The notes: generated by a model from the letters alone, not told the origin. A stretch of DNA of 47,485 bases from an uncultured Candidatus Saccharibacteria bacterium (GCA_964349555.1 CAYGGK010000001.1:1-47485); one strand, 5' to 3'. Shown: positions 9,008 through 18,758, counted from the first letter of the stretch. Translations and numbers: made by a program.

Positions 9008-9931
9008 ATGCCAGTGAAAATTCCAGATGGTCTTCCTGCCGCAAAAATCTTAGAGGAGGAAAGTATCTCCCTGATACCGGAAAGCCGAGCTTTCGCGCAG
9101 GACATCCGTCCTCTTCAGATCGCTGTAGTCAATATCATGCCAATAAAAAGCGTGACCGAGACTCAATTGCTACGTCTGTTGAGTAACTCGCCGTTACAAG
9201 TGGCGATTACACTGCTGCACCCGCGTTCCCACAAGAGCAAAAATACAGCACCTGAGTACTTGGCGAAGTTCTACAAAAACTTCGACGAAATAAAAAACAC
9301 CCGGTTCGATTGCCTTGTCATTACAGGGGCACCGGTGGAGACGCTGGATTTTACTGAAGTGGATTATTGGAACGAGTTGCAGGAAATAATGAATTGGTCT
9401 CTAAGCCACGTCTATTCTTCGCTACACCTGTGCTGGGGAGCGCAGGCTGGACTGTATCACCATTACGGTATCCCGAAGTACGTACTGCCGCAGAAAATGT
9501 TCGGGATATACCCGCACAAAGTCACGACACGTCGTAGTGCGCTCCTACATGGCTTTGACGACACTTTCTTCGTCCCTCACTCGCGACATACACACGTACT
9601 CCGGGAGGATATTCTCAAAGCTGGTCACTTGGAGATCCTGTCAGAGTCGGACACGGCGAGCGTATACATCGTCAGCACTAAGGATAACCGCCAGGTTTTC
9701 GTTACAGGTCACCCTGAATACGACCAGCTCACTCTCAAGGGGGAATACGAACGTGATCGGGCGGAAGGGATTCCCATTTCGCTCCCGATGAATTATTTTC
9801 CCAACGATGATCCCTCCAAACTTCCGGTAGTAAGCTGGTGAGGTCACGCGAGTCTGCTGTTCGCCAACTGGCTGAACGTTGTGTATCAGAATACGCCATT
9901 CGACCTCAATGAACTGAAGCCGCTCACATGA
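9008..9931 (+). pseudogene. metA: Homoserine O-acyltransferase MetA (probably acetyl type) with in-frame TGA at 9839-9841
   Basis: MPVKIPDGLPA, TGAPVE, CWGAQA, PHSR and GHPEY motifs; the frame continues after W*: GHASLLFANWLNVVYQNTPFDL to TGA at 9929-9931. Confidence 0.85.
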
Positions 9932-9943
9932 GTGAGCCCTCGA

Positions 9944-9974
9944 CCCCGCCCTGGAAACAGGGCGGCTCTTTTTA
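9944..9974 (+). terminator. Intrinsic terminator after metA
   Basis: CCGCCCTG-GAAA-CAGGGCGG followed by CTCTTTTTT. Confidence 0.75.
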
Positions 9975-10073
9975 ACTAAAAAGAGGCTCTGCCGTCGAGG
10001 ACTCGAAAACATGAGAAAAAACCAACCGCAGTGTCCCTGTGGAGCTTGAGGCAGGTCGTGATACCATTTGTGA

Positions 10074-10553
10074 ATGGAAACACCGGAGATAAAAGATAAA
10101 GAGCTCCATCGCGTGGCGACGACATGCATTATCTACAACACGGAAGGGAAGTATCTGGTCACGAAGCGGAGCCCGCACAAGAAGATGCAGCCCAATAAGT
10201 GGACCGTGCCCGGCGGGGGATTAAACGTTGACGATTATATAAACAACCCAAAGTCGTATGACGCCCCACAGTGGTACAACTCTCTGGAATCAGCGCTCTT
10301 GAGGGAGATAAAGGAGGAGGTGAATATAGAAGTGGGGAAACCGAAGTATCTCCTAGACCTCACATTCATCAGTCCCGCCGGGGTCCCGGTCCTCGTATTA
10401 AGTTATTATGCCCCGTATGTCTCTGGAGACGTGAAGCTGGACGAAGACGCTGTTGATTATAAATGGGCAACGCTCGCCGAAGCCAAGGAGCTGGACCTGA
10501 TCAAGGGCATCTACGAAGAAATAGAAATGGTAGAGAATCTTTTAAAGGCATAG
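10074..10553 (+). CDS. NUDIX hydrolase
   Basis: WTVPGG...ALLREIKEEVNI Nudix box. Confidence 0.88.
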   Translation: METPEIKDKELHRVATTCIIYNTEGKYLVTKRSPHKKMQPNKWTVPGGGLNVDDYINNPKSYDAPQWYNSLESALLREIKEEVNIEVGKPKYLLDLTFISPAGVPVLVLSYYAPYVSGDVKLDEDAVDYKWATLAEAKELDLIKGIYEEIEMVENLLKA

Positions 10554-10582
10554 CTTGCCGCGATACCTTTAGTCAGGAGTTT

Positions 10583-11374
10583 TCAAGAAAGTAACACGCC
10601 GCCGTCCACCACGATCTGTGATCCGGTCATATAGCTCGAGAGGTCGGAGGCAAGGAAGAGCGCAACTCTACCGATGTCATCAGAGTCGCCCACGCGTTTC
10701 ATCGGTATTTTTTCCAAGAATTTTTTAAGTATCGTCTCCATCTCAGGAGTTACCGGTTTGCCAGCTCCTGTGCCAGGAGTAGATATGGCGCCCGGGGCGA
10801 TAGCATTCACTTGAATATTGTGCGGTGCAAGCTCCAGTGCGGTGTTCTTGGTAAATCCCCAAAGACCGTGCTTGGAAGCATCGTAGACTGCAAGTCCTAT
10901 GGAAGAGGGGTGCAGGGCGTCAATCGACGTGATGTTGATGATCTTGCCCCCTCTATCTTGCTTACTCATCACTTCTGCCACCGCTTTTGTAAAAAGGAAA
11001 ACACTCTTGAGATTAACTGCCAGGATCTTTTCAAAGTCAGTCGTAGTCATCTGCATGACCGGAATGATCGGATAAATACCGGCGTTGTTAACGAGAATAT
11101 CAATACCGGTGTATGTCTTTAATGTAAGGTCGATTGCGCTCGTAACCTGCCTTTCGTCTGCGACATCGGTTCTCGCAAACACCGCCTCCCATCCCTTATC
11201 GGTCAACTCTTTAGCCGCCGCAGTTCCTATTTCTTCGTTTATATCGGCAATAACCACATTTGCTCCGGCTTCAGCCAGGCGATAGGCGATGCCAAAACCA
11301 ATGCCCATGGCGCCGCCGGTAACGATGGCGGTTTTATTTTTGAGACTAATGAGCTGTTGCAAGGGTAGCGTCAT
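10583..11374 (-). CDS. SDR family oxidoreductase
   Basis: TGGAMGIG, NNAG, YDASK and VDGG. Confidence 0.92.
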   Translation of the reverse strand: MTLPLQQLISLKNKTAIVTGGAMGIGFGIAYRLAEAGANVVIADINEEIGTAAAKELTDKGWEAVFARTDVADERQVTSAIDLTLKTYTGIDILVNNAGIYPIIPVMQMTTTDFEKILAVNLKSVFLFTKAVAEVMSKQDRGGKIINITSIDALHPSSIGLAVYDASKHGLWGFTKNTALELAPHNIQVNAIAPGAISTPGTGAGKPVTPEMETILKKFLEKIPMKRVGDSDDIGRVALFLASDLSSYMTGSQIVVDGGVLLS

Positions 11375-11380
11375 ATCACT

Positions 11381-11779
11381 TTATTCCGTAGTCTTGCCGT
11401 CAAAATGCTCGCCCTCATCGGCTACTGCGTCCGCTTTTGTTGCGTGTATGGTGCCATCTTCGTGGTTCGGCGGAGAGTATAAAGTGTAAAGCTTAAGCGG
11501 CCTGTCGGGAGACGTATTAATGATGTTGTGTTTAGCGCCGGCCGGGACCACAACAACAAATCCGTCACTTATCTCGTTCTCGACACCGTCTAAAACAGCC
11601 TTTCCGACCCCATCCTCGCACCGGATGAATTGATCCAATTGGTGGATTTCTTCACCGATATCTTCGCCAGGCTTGAGGCTCATTACCACCAACTGGCTAT
11701 TTTGGGCGGTATATAAAACCTTGCGAAAATTTTCATTCGCGAGGGAGAGTTTTTCTATGTTTGTAATATAACCCTTCAT
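11381..11779 (-). CDS. Cupin domain protein
   Basis: GEEIHQLDQF...VPAGAKHNIIN...YSPPNH. Confidence 0.9.
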   Translation of the reverse strand: MKGYITNIEKLSLANENFRKVLYTAQNSQLVVMSLKPGEDIGEEIHQLDQFIRCEDGVGKAVLDGVENEISDGFVVVVPAGAKHNIINTSPDRPLKLYTLYSPPNHEDGTIHATKADAVADEGEHFDGKTTE

Positions 11780-11823
11780 GGTGTTTTAGTCGTCCTCGGT
11801 CCACTCTATCACTTTTTAAGCAA

Positions 11824-13404
11824 TTATTGGACTTTAAATTTCATCATCATCCCAGCCTCAAGATGTTCTGAGATGTGACAGTGTGCCATCCACTCTCCTG
11901 GATTGGATGGGTCGAGAATAATATCGACAGTTTCTCCCGATTTCACTAGCGCTGTATCCTTCCAGACAAGATTAGTCTGCCTCACTCCGTTACGGGCGAC
12001 AATGAGAAATCGCTGGCCATGGAAATGGATCGGATGTTGCATCGGGTGCATTGATTTGGGATCGTTGAAGATACGGATTTTTACCGGCTCGCCAAGTTTG
12101 AACGACCAGTCAATGTCCATGTTTTCTTTACCGGTATCCTGATCCACTATTTTCCACTTGATTAAGTCAGTATTCGACATTTGATTCATCATTTGGTTGG
12201 TATCGTCCCACTCAATGCCGTCAGGGCTGGCATTCATCGGCGAGCCGCCCATCATAGTGCCGCCCGTGGTGAGCATCGTCGAACCATCCGGCATCATATG
12301 GGCTCCATGACCCATGCCTTGCATGCTCGTCATGCTTCCGCCCATATCAAGAGTGAGGACTATTCTCTTCGTCGGCCTCGAGTCAAACAGTTTTCGGAAC
12401 GGATTGATACTCGTTATTGTTGCTTGGTTTAATTGCAATACATTAAACTCGCGTTCGTATGAAGTGCCTGCGTGCTCAGCATTTGCGGTAATAGCTCCGA
12501 GCACGTACGTCCTCCCCGGAGTCTTGTTTTGTATCTCGTATGTTCCCGAGTTCGGTAAGAGCGCGTCTACTATTGCTCTTTCAGACGGACCGAGTACGAC
12601 ACTGTCCACAAATGATGCTTTCTCATAGGCCCCACTATCTGCCCCAACAAGCTTCAACTGGAGTCCTTTTACTGTGAAGTTAAACGGGCGCGCATTGGCC
12701 GCGTTGATCACATAGAGGCGAACCACCTCTCCCGTTTTTGCTTCAAGGTTGAAATTGTCCTCTCCGTTTACAAGCATCACGTTGCCGTAGTGGCCCATGA
12801 GCGAGTGGCTGGTAACGTTTTTGTCGAGGGCGATCGTTCCGTTTTCTATCGGCAAGTCCGAAATGAATAACGGCAATTCACGATTCACCGGGGGAAAGTA
12901 CGCGGAGGCAGTCGGCGATACGATAAATGCGCCATAGAGGCCCAAGCCCTGTCCGTACACCTCCTTCGCGTGCGGATGATACCAGTACACTCCGGCGTCA
13001 GGGAATTTAAGTTTATATGCGAATGATTCGCCGGGTTTCATTTCTTCTTGCTGGAGCTGAGAACCGTCAAAGGCATTTTCCATGCGCACGCCATGAGAAT
13101 GGAGAAGCGTCGGAATATCCATGCCGTTTTTGAAATTGACGGTGACTTCAGCTCCTTGAGCCACTTTGATGGCGGGTCCCGGGATCATGCCGTTGTATGC
13201 GAGCATTTTTTGTGTTTTACCGGCGATGGTTTTCGTCACGTAGCTTGCGGTGAGATCATACGTGTCGCCATTTTTTAGTTCGACGATTTGAGAGGTTTCG
13301 GCAACCGGCAACTGCTTAAACGGAACTCCAAGCCAGCCTAAAGCAACGATTGAGACTCCCGCCAACACTATCAAAACGCCTATCCAGAAATATTTTTTGT
13401 CCAT
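11824..13404 (-). CDS. Multicopper oxidase
   Basis: HSHG, WYHPH, HPIHFHG and HCHISEHLEAGM copper motifs; Met/His-rich loop. Confidence 0.95.
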   Translation of the reverse strand: MDKKYFWIGVLIVLAGVSIVALGWLGVPFKQLPVAETSQIVELKNGDTYDLTASYVTKTIAGKTQKMLAYNGMIPGPAIKVAQGAEVTVNFKNGMDIPTLLHSHGVRMENAFDGSQLQQEEMKPGESFAYKLKFPDAGVYWYHPHAKEVYGQGLGLYGAFIVSPTASAYFPPVNRELPLFISDLPIENGTIALDKNVTSHSLMGHYGNVMLVNGEDNFNLEAKTGEVVRLYVINAANARPFNFTVKGLQLKLVGADSGAYEKASFVDSVVLGPSERAIVDALLPNSGTYEIQNKTPGRTYVLGAITANAEHAGTSYEREFNVLQLNQATITSINPFRKLFDSRPTKRIVLTLDMGGSMTSMQGMGHGAHMMPDGSTMLTTGGTMMGGSPMNASPDGIEWDDTNQMMNQMSNTDLIKWKIVDQDTGKENMDIDWSFKLGEPVKIRIFNDPKSMHPMQHPIHFHGQRFLIVARNGVRQTNLVWKDTALVKSGETVDIILDPSNPGEWMAHCHISEHLEAGMMMKFKVQ

Positions 13405-13446
13405 AATCGTTATTTATGGTGCCACAAAGTTGCTAATGTTTAACCT

Positions 13447-13668
13447 CTATACAATCTCACCTCGCTTCTCAAGCATCATATGATGAATGGTTGCAATCTG
13501 GAGCCATATAGCTATGAGCAGAAGAATGGCCACGCAAAACAACGCATCAAATTTTGTAATTCCGAACACGAAATTATCCGACCCTCCTAAAATAGCGCCC
13601 CCAAACGTAACGACCCCGACAAGTCCGACAACAACGCTCGTAACGTGCATCAATTTTGATAATTTCAT
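13447..13668 (-). CDS. Small two-TM membrane protein
   Basis: 73-aa hydrophobic ORF, co-oriented within the copper cluster. Confidence 0.65.
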   Translation of the reverse strand: MKLSKLMHVTSVVVGLVGVVTFGGAILGGSDNFVFGITKFDALFCVAILLLIAIWLQIATIHHMMLEKRGEIV

Positions 13669-13693
13669 AAATATTTTTTAATAATTTTTTTAA

Positions 13694-14344
13694 TTACACC
13701 CCACCTCGACCCGATTTTTGAACCGTAGAGTTACTTAAGAAATACCAATAAATTATAGCACTTAGAATCGCGGCGAAAAAACACCAAACCGATAGAAACG
13801 TTTCGGTAAAGAACCACGCCGCGATGGCGAAAGAAACGAACAGGACGACTCCAAAAATATTAATGATTTTATGACTCGATACGAGACAACTTCCGCATGT
13901 CGCTACGAGGTAAAGTGCCATTACGAGGTACACATACAAATGCGGAGAGTGGTAGGCAATGCTGTTATTTACGATGTGCGCCGTGACCGGCTCTGCAATT
14001 ATGAAATACAGAAGATAGATTCCCACCGCAAGACCTGCAAACGAAAATAAGTGTAGAATTTTCTTTCGGATCGGATCAGTCTCTATCATCAAAACCGAGA
14101 ACGGGACAAATATCGGCCATAACACATGAGAGAACATTGAATACGCGTACGTTGCTATGGTGTTTAGAATTGGAGAGCCGAAAGAAACCCACACCGCTCC
14201 TTCAATAGCTTGCTGGATTCCAAACAAAATCGGAATACTGGCAAATGGCAGTTCACTCTTTGTCTTTACTTTTGCCAACGTTAAACCGCCCGCCACGCTG
14301 AGCGCCCCTCCTGCCGCAAAACTTGCTGCTGCTGAAAAACACAT
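13694..14344 (-). CDS. Multi-TM membrane protein (DUF6629-like)
   Basis: MCFSAAASF N-terminus and SVWCFFAA C-terminal motif. Confidence 0.75.
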   Translation of the reverse strand: MCFSAAASFAAGGALSVAGGLTLAKVKTKSELPFASIPILFGIQQAIEGAVWVSFGSPILNTIATYAYSMFSHVLWPIFVPFSVLMIETDPIRKKILHLFSFAGLAVGIYLLYFIIAEPVTAHIVNNSIAYHSPHLYVYLVMALYLVATCGSCLVSSHKIINIFGVVLFVSFAIAAWFFTETFLSVWCFFAAILSAIIYWYFLSNSTVQKSGRGGV

Positions 14345-14346
14345 AG

Positions 14347-16545
14347 TTATTGTTTTAAGTACGGCTCAACCCTCTTTAACAGTACCGCGTTAATAGCGAC
14401 CGCGACAGAATCACCCGACATAAGGAGCGCCGCCCACTCGGGACGAATCGAGATGCCAAATGATGGATAGAGCAAGCCGGCGGCGATAGGAATGGCGAGA
14501 GTGTTGTAGGTTGCCGCCCAGATAAGATTTTGCTTCATTTTTCGAACTGTTGCTTTAGAAAGCCGAATGGCCGCGACGATGTCATAAGGGTCAGACCTCA
14601 TTAGGACGATATTGCCCGTTTCAATAGCTACGTCCGTTCCTGCACCAATGGCAATACCGATGTCAGCTTGGGCAAGCGCGGGCGCGTCGTTCACCCCGTC
14701 CCCTACCATCGCGACAAACTTACCTTCGCTTTGCAATTTTTTCACAAAACTCGCTTTATCCGCCGGCAAGACTTCCGCAAACACTCGGTCAATACCGAGC
14801 TCCGCCGCAACTGCCTCTGCGATTATTTTACTATCCCCAGTAATCATCGCCGTCTCTATACCAAGCTTCTTCAGCTCCGTTACTGTTTTCTTGGAAGTCG
14901 CGCGCACGGGGTCAAAAATGCCAATAAGTCCGATGGCTCTATTGTCCACAGCAACGATACTCAATGTTTTCCCGCCTGCCAAAAGTCTCTCAATCTCGCC
15001 ACTCATATCTCCTATATCAATCCTTTGGTCGCGGAGTAACCGCTCGGTGCCGATGAGAATACTTTTACCATCGACAATCGCCTCAAGTCCCAATCCGGAG
15101 AGCGAGCGAAATTGAACAACTTCATTTGAAATGGAAACACTACGCTTCTGCGCTTCTGCGAGAATTGCCGCCGCAACCGGATGATTGGATTTCGCTTCAA
15201 TACTTGCGGCGAATTGAAGAACATCTTCTTCAGAGAAAACGCCGAACGCAATGACATCAGTAACTTTCGGTTTTCCTTCCGTAAGTGTGCCAGTCTTATC
15301 AAGCACGATGGCATTTATTTTTGAGGTACCCTCAAGTGTCATGGCATCTTTGAAGAGAATGCCGTATTTTGCGCCAAGCCCTGTGCCAACGGCGACCGCT
15401 GTGGGAGTGGCAAGTCCGAGCGAGTCGGGGCAGGCGATGACAACTGCTGCGACCGCAAAAGTGAGCGCGACAATAAAACTTGCGCCCGCAAGCACATACC
15501 AACCCAAAAATGTCGCAAGACCGGCTCCGATAGCGATCAGTACCAACCAACCCGCCCACTTGTCAGCAATTCTCTGGCCGGGGGCTTTAGAGTTTTGTGC
15601 CGTCTCTACAAGCTTGATAATTTGTGCGAGGACGGTATGCGACCCAACGGCGTTTGCGCTAAACTTCACTGTGCCATTTTGATTGATTGACCCGCCGATT
15701 ACTTTATCACCGACTCCTTTCGAGACGGGGAGCGACTCGCCGGTAACCAGCGCTTCGTCAATCGCCGTCTCGCCGTCAATAATTTTGCCGTCAACAGGAA
15801 CTTTGTCGCCTGGTTTCAACACCACGATATCGCCGACAATCACTTCTGCGCTTGGAATAGATAGTTCGGTGCCATCACGAATGACCCGCGCCTGCGGCGG
15901 CATCAAATCAAAAAGCGCGTGGAGAGCATCCGATGTTCCACGACGTGATTTCATCTCCAACCAGTGGCCAAAGAGGACAAAGGTGACAAGCATCGCCCCT
16001 GCCTCAAAGAATGTCTCCGCTCCACCACTGAACATTATGAACACGCTTGAAAGATAGGTTGCGAGCACCCCAAACGCGATAAGCACGGCCATGTTGAGCC
16101 TGCGGGCTTTCAGCGAGTAATAGGTGCCAGTTATGAATATTGAACCCGTCCAAAAAACTACAGGCGTTGCCAGAAGAAACAGAAGCAATGCAACCGGAAT
16201 TGGCGTGGGGAGGACTATCTTGAAAAGGCCTGCTCCTGCGGGCGAGTAAAGAAAAATCGGGATAGTAAGGGCAAGTGAAATGAAAAACCTCCGGCGCATA
16301 TCCGCCTCCATCTGTTTGGCCATCTGCGGATTCGTCATTGCGGCATCGTGATCCACGGGGCTCATTTTCTGCATATCATGGCCAGCATGTTCCGATCCAT
16401 TTTTTACTTTCTTTTCGGGAATCAAATCCATGCCACACCCCGGACATTTACAAGGTTCGGTCTTCCGTACCTCCGGGTGCATGGGACAGGCATATGTTTG
16501 GCCATCCTTGATAGACGCTTTGATCATGTGTATTTCTTTTTTCAT
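14347..16545 (-). CDS. copA: Copper-translocating P1B-type ATPase
   Basis: YACPMHP...CPGCGM metal-binding domain, TGES, CPD in TM6, DKTGT, HP, GDGVND and YN; start overlaps the cfa stop (ATGA). Confidence 0.93.
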   Translation of the reverse strand: MKKEIHMIKASIKDGQTYACPMHPEVRKTEPCKCPGCGMDLIPEKKVKNGSEHAGHDMQKMSPVDHDAAMTNPQMAKQMEADMRRRFFISLALTIPIFLYSPAGAGLFKIVLPTPIPVALLLFLLATPVVFWTGSIFITGTYYSLKARRLNMAVLIAFGVLATYLSSVFIMFSGGAETFFEAGAMLVTFVLFGHWLEMKSRRGTSDALHALFDLMPPQARVIRDGTELSIPSAEVIVGDIVVLKPGDKVPVDGKIIDGETAIDEALVTGESLPVSKGVGDKVIGGSINQNGTVKFSANAVGSHTVLAQIIKLVETAQNSKAPGQRIADKWAGWLVLIAIGAGLATFLGWYVLAGASFIVALTFAVAAVVIACPDSLGLATPTAVAVGTGLGAKYGILFKDAMTLEGTSKINAIVLDKTGTLTEGKPKVTDVIAFGVFSEEDVLQFAASIEAKSNHPVAAAILAEAQKRSVSISNEVVQFRSLSGLGLEAIVDGKSILIGTERLLRDQRIDIGDMSGEIERLLAGGKTLSIVAVDNRAIGLIGIFDPVRATSKKTVTELKKLGIETAMITGDSKIIAEAVAAELGIDRVFAEVLPADKASFVKKLQSEGKFVAMVGDGVNDAPALAQADIGIAIGAGTDVAIETGNIVLMRSDPYDIVAAIRLSKATVRKMKQNLIWAATYNTLAIPIAAGLLYPSFGISIRPEWAALLMSGDSVAVAINAVLLKRVEPYLKQ

Positions 16546-17657
16546 CGAATTGATGTGTATCCGCCCGGGACTCCTTTCTTTGAGAGTACTAGTTGCCATA
16601 GTTGATTTTCGCGTGCGCGAAATGTCCCCGCACACATAAGGAGATAATACTTCCACATACGGTAGAAGCGTTCATCATAAGAGCCCTTAAGCCCGGGCCA
16701 TGCCTCATCAAAATTCTTAAACCACGCCATGAGCGTTTTGTCGTAGTCGGCAGAGAAGTTATGCCAGTCTTCCATAACGAAAGTTTCCTCGATTGCTCCG
16801 CCGATCTGCTGAATGGAAGGAAGCATGCCGTTGGGGAAAATGTACTTATGAATCCAAGGATCGGTTGTGCGTACGCTTCGATTACTTCCTATGGTATGAA
16901 GCAAAAATAAACCACCCGGTTTGAGCACTGAATCGGCAAGGCGCATAAAAGTGCGGTAATTCTTGTGCCCGACGTGCTCGAACATCCCCAACGATACCAC
17001 GTGATCAAACAGCTCATCGTTGACGTCGCGATAGTCCTGCAGACGAAATGACACTGGTAGATTGCCTGCTCGCTTCGTCGCTAACGCCACCTGTTCTTTC
17101 GAAACAGTAACGCCGGTCACACGCACTCCGTAGCGCTCTGCGGCGTAAATCGCGAAGCTGCCCCACCCGCTCCCGATATCAAGAATGCGTTCTCCGCCCT
17201 TGAGACCGAGCTTCCGGCACACTAGATCAAGTTTTGCCTCTTGGGCGTCGTCGAGATTTTTTGCGTCTTTCCAGTACCCGCAGGTGTATGTCATGCGTTT
17301 ATCGAGCATTTTTTCATAAAGATCGTTGCCGACATCATAGTGTTTTTCACCGACGTGGAATGCTCGACTCTTGCTTTGCAAATTTGTCAAGTATGCCCAG
17401 GCTGTATTTATGAGAAGCTGCGGCGAATAAACTTTTTCGTTGAGTCCGGCCCGAAGAATTCTGCTAACAAGCTCGTCGAGCTTCTCAGCGTCCCACCATC
17501 CGTCCACATATGATTCACCAAGGCCGAGTGCCCCGTGGGACAGAACACGACTATAAAAATCCTCGTTGTGAATGTGTGGGTCGTACGGATTCTCTCCATT
17601 GAGAGTAATACCAGCTCTGACGAGAAGCGATCCTATTGTTGCTTTTGCTCTATTCAT
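16542..17657 (-). CDS. cfa: Cyclopropane-fatty-acyl-phospholipid synthase
   Basis: LGLGESYVDGWW, HYDVGNDLY, YTCGYW, LDIGSGWG, GMFEHVG and YIFP. Confidence 0.93.
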   Translation of the reverse strand: MNRAKATIGSLLVRAGITLNGENPYDPHIHNEDFYSRVLSHGALGLGESYVDGWWDAEKLDELVSRILRAGLNEKVYSPQLLINTAWAYLTNLQSKSRAFHVGEKHYDVGNDLYEKMLDKRMTYTCGYWKDAKNLDDAQEAKLDLVCRKLGLKGGERILDIGSGWGSFAIYAAERYGVRVTGVTVSKEQVALATKRAGNLPVSFRLQDYRDVNDELFDHVVSLGMFEHVGHKNYRTFMRLADSVLKPGGLFLLHTIGSNRSVRTTDPWIHKYIFPNGMLPSIQQIGGAIEETFVMEDWHNFSADYDKTLMAWFKNFDEAWPGLKGSYDERFYRMWKYYLLMCAGTFRARENQLWQLVLSKKGVPGGYTSIR

Positions 17658-17887
17658 GGTCGCTTCCATGACTGCTGTGTCCGAAGACGTGCATGAAGAG
17701 ACACCCGAGTAGAAATACAAACGGGAAATAGGGCGCGATATTTTTCTCCGAACTCTTTGAGCATTCGTTCCTCTTTCCGGTACGCCAATAACGTGTAGGC
17801 AATCACGATTATCGGGAACAGTCCGACTGAAAAAACCGTAGGCCAATGCACCACGCCCTCGCCAAAGAGTCCGATGAATTCTTGCAT
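17654..17887 (-). pseudogene. C-terminal remnant of an isoprenylcysteine-carboxyl-methyltransferase-like membrane protein
   Basis: FIGLFG...WPT...FPI...LAYRKEERMLKEFGEKY resembles the C-terminal half of the ICMT/PEMT-like proteins of copper clusters; the N-terminal half is absent. Confidence 0.6.
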
Positions 17888-17888
17888 A

Positions 17889-18161
17889 CTATTTTTTCTT
17901 CTGCGCCAACTTATAAATCTTAAGGATTTCAGTGGTCGCTTTCTGGCTCTTTCCGTTTTTGATCTGGTGAATGACGTGGGTCGCGAGGTGATTCTCAAGC
18001 ATTACATCTTCAACGCCCGACAATGCTTCCTTAATGGCGCTTGATTGTGTGATGATGTCCACGCAATAACGCTCGACCTCCACCATTTTTATGAGCCCAT
18101 TGATCTGTCCCCTGATCAGGCTAAGGCGTCGGAGCACTTTTTTCTTTGCATCAGCTTTCAC
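17889..18161 (-). CDS. csoR: CsoR/RcnR family metal-sensing repressor
   Basis: RRLSLIRGQINGLIKMVE..RYCVDIITQ...LENHL. Confidence 0.9.
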   Translation of the reverse strand: MKADAKKKVLRRLSLIRGQINGLIKMVEVERYCVDIITQSSAIKEALSGVEDVMLENHLATHVIHQIKNGKSQKATTEILKIYKLAQKKK

Positions 18162-18163
18162 AT

Positions 18164-18188
18164 GTTAATTATACCCCAATAGGGTATA
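18164..18188 (-). promoter_or_regulatory. CsoR operator overlapping the -10 box
   Basis: Palindrome TATACCC-CAATA-GGGTATA (18170-18188); minus-strand TATAAT lies 6 nt before the csoR GTG. Confidence 0.8.
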
Positions 18189-18283
18189 TGGTGCAAACGG
18201 ATGTGGCTTGTCACGTGGCTCTTGGATAAAAAAAGAACCCCACCACAAAGGTGGGATCCAAGTTTGCAGGGAACGCCAGAATC

Positions 18284-18478
18284 TTAAGGAGACTCGAAGC
18301 CGCATTTAATCAGGTATGAAATCATGTAGTGGGGCAGTGTGCCTCCAGCCAACAATTTCTCGTATTCTGCTTGAATGCAAGCCATATCCGATATTCCGTG
18401 ATAGCCCTCGTAGGCTCTGCGTATTATTTCAAGTTCACTCGTATCGCGAAGTCTTGCGAGTTGGTGCAGAGTCAGCAT
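18284..18478 (-). CDS. Hypothetical protein
   Basis: 64-aa ORF overlapping the upstream ORF stop. Confidence 0.4.
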   Translation of the reverse strand: MLTLHQLARLRDTSELEIIRRAYEGYHGISDMACIQAEYEKLLAGGTLPHYMISYLIKCGFESP

Positions 18479-18693
18479 GACTGCCTCCTCTCGGCTTCAT
18501 CAGCCAGTCGTAATTCTCTTCGTTTCCTGTAACGGAAACGAAAACGATGGATAACATACATTCTCCCGCATTCCGCGGAGCAAAAATGAAGATGACGGTC
18601 TTTCTCCGCGATAAGAGTATAGACCCTCTTCACGTTTTTTCCACACTCTTTCAGATCGCAAGGTACTGATTTCGGCAAGATGATGACAGACAT
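18472..18693 (-). CDS. Small Cys-rich TRASH/YHS-like metal-binding protein
   Basis: CDLKECGK...HFCSAEC; GAGGGG Shine-Dalgarno upstream. Confidence 0.5.
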   Translation of the reverse strand: MSVIILPKSVPCDLKECGKNVKRVYTLIAEKDRHLHFCSAECGRMYVIHRFRFRYRKRRELRLADEAERRQSC

Positions 18694-18758
18694 GTCGATT
18701 TCCCCTCAACTTGTTGATCCGTACCTACTATATCACGACCCATGATAAAGTACACATC

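Noticed and set aside
9839..9841. UGA recoding (genetic code 25 Gly, or selenocysteine) in metA
   Set aside because: TGA ends other genes at their expected termini (valS, tsaD, cfa, rlmB), no other gene shows internal TGA, and the aligned residue is normally Arg.
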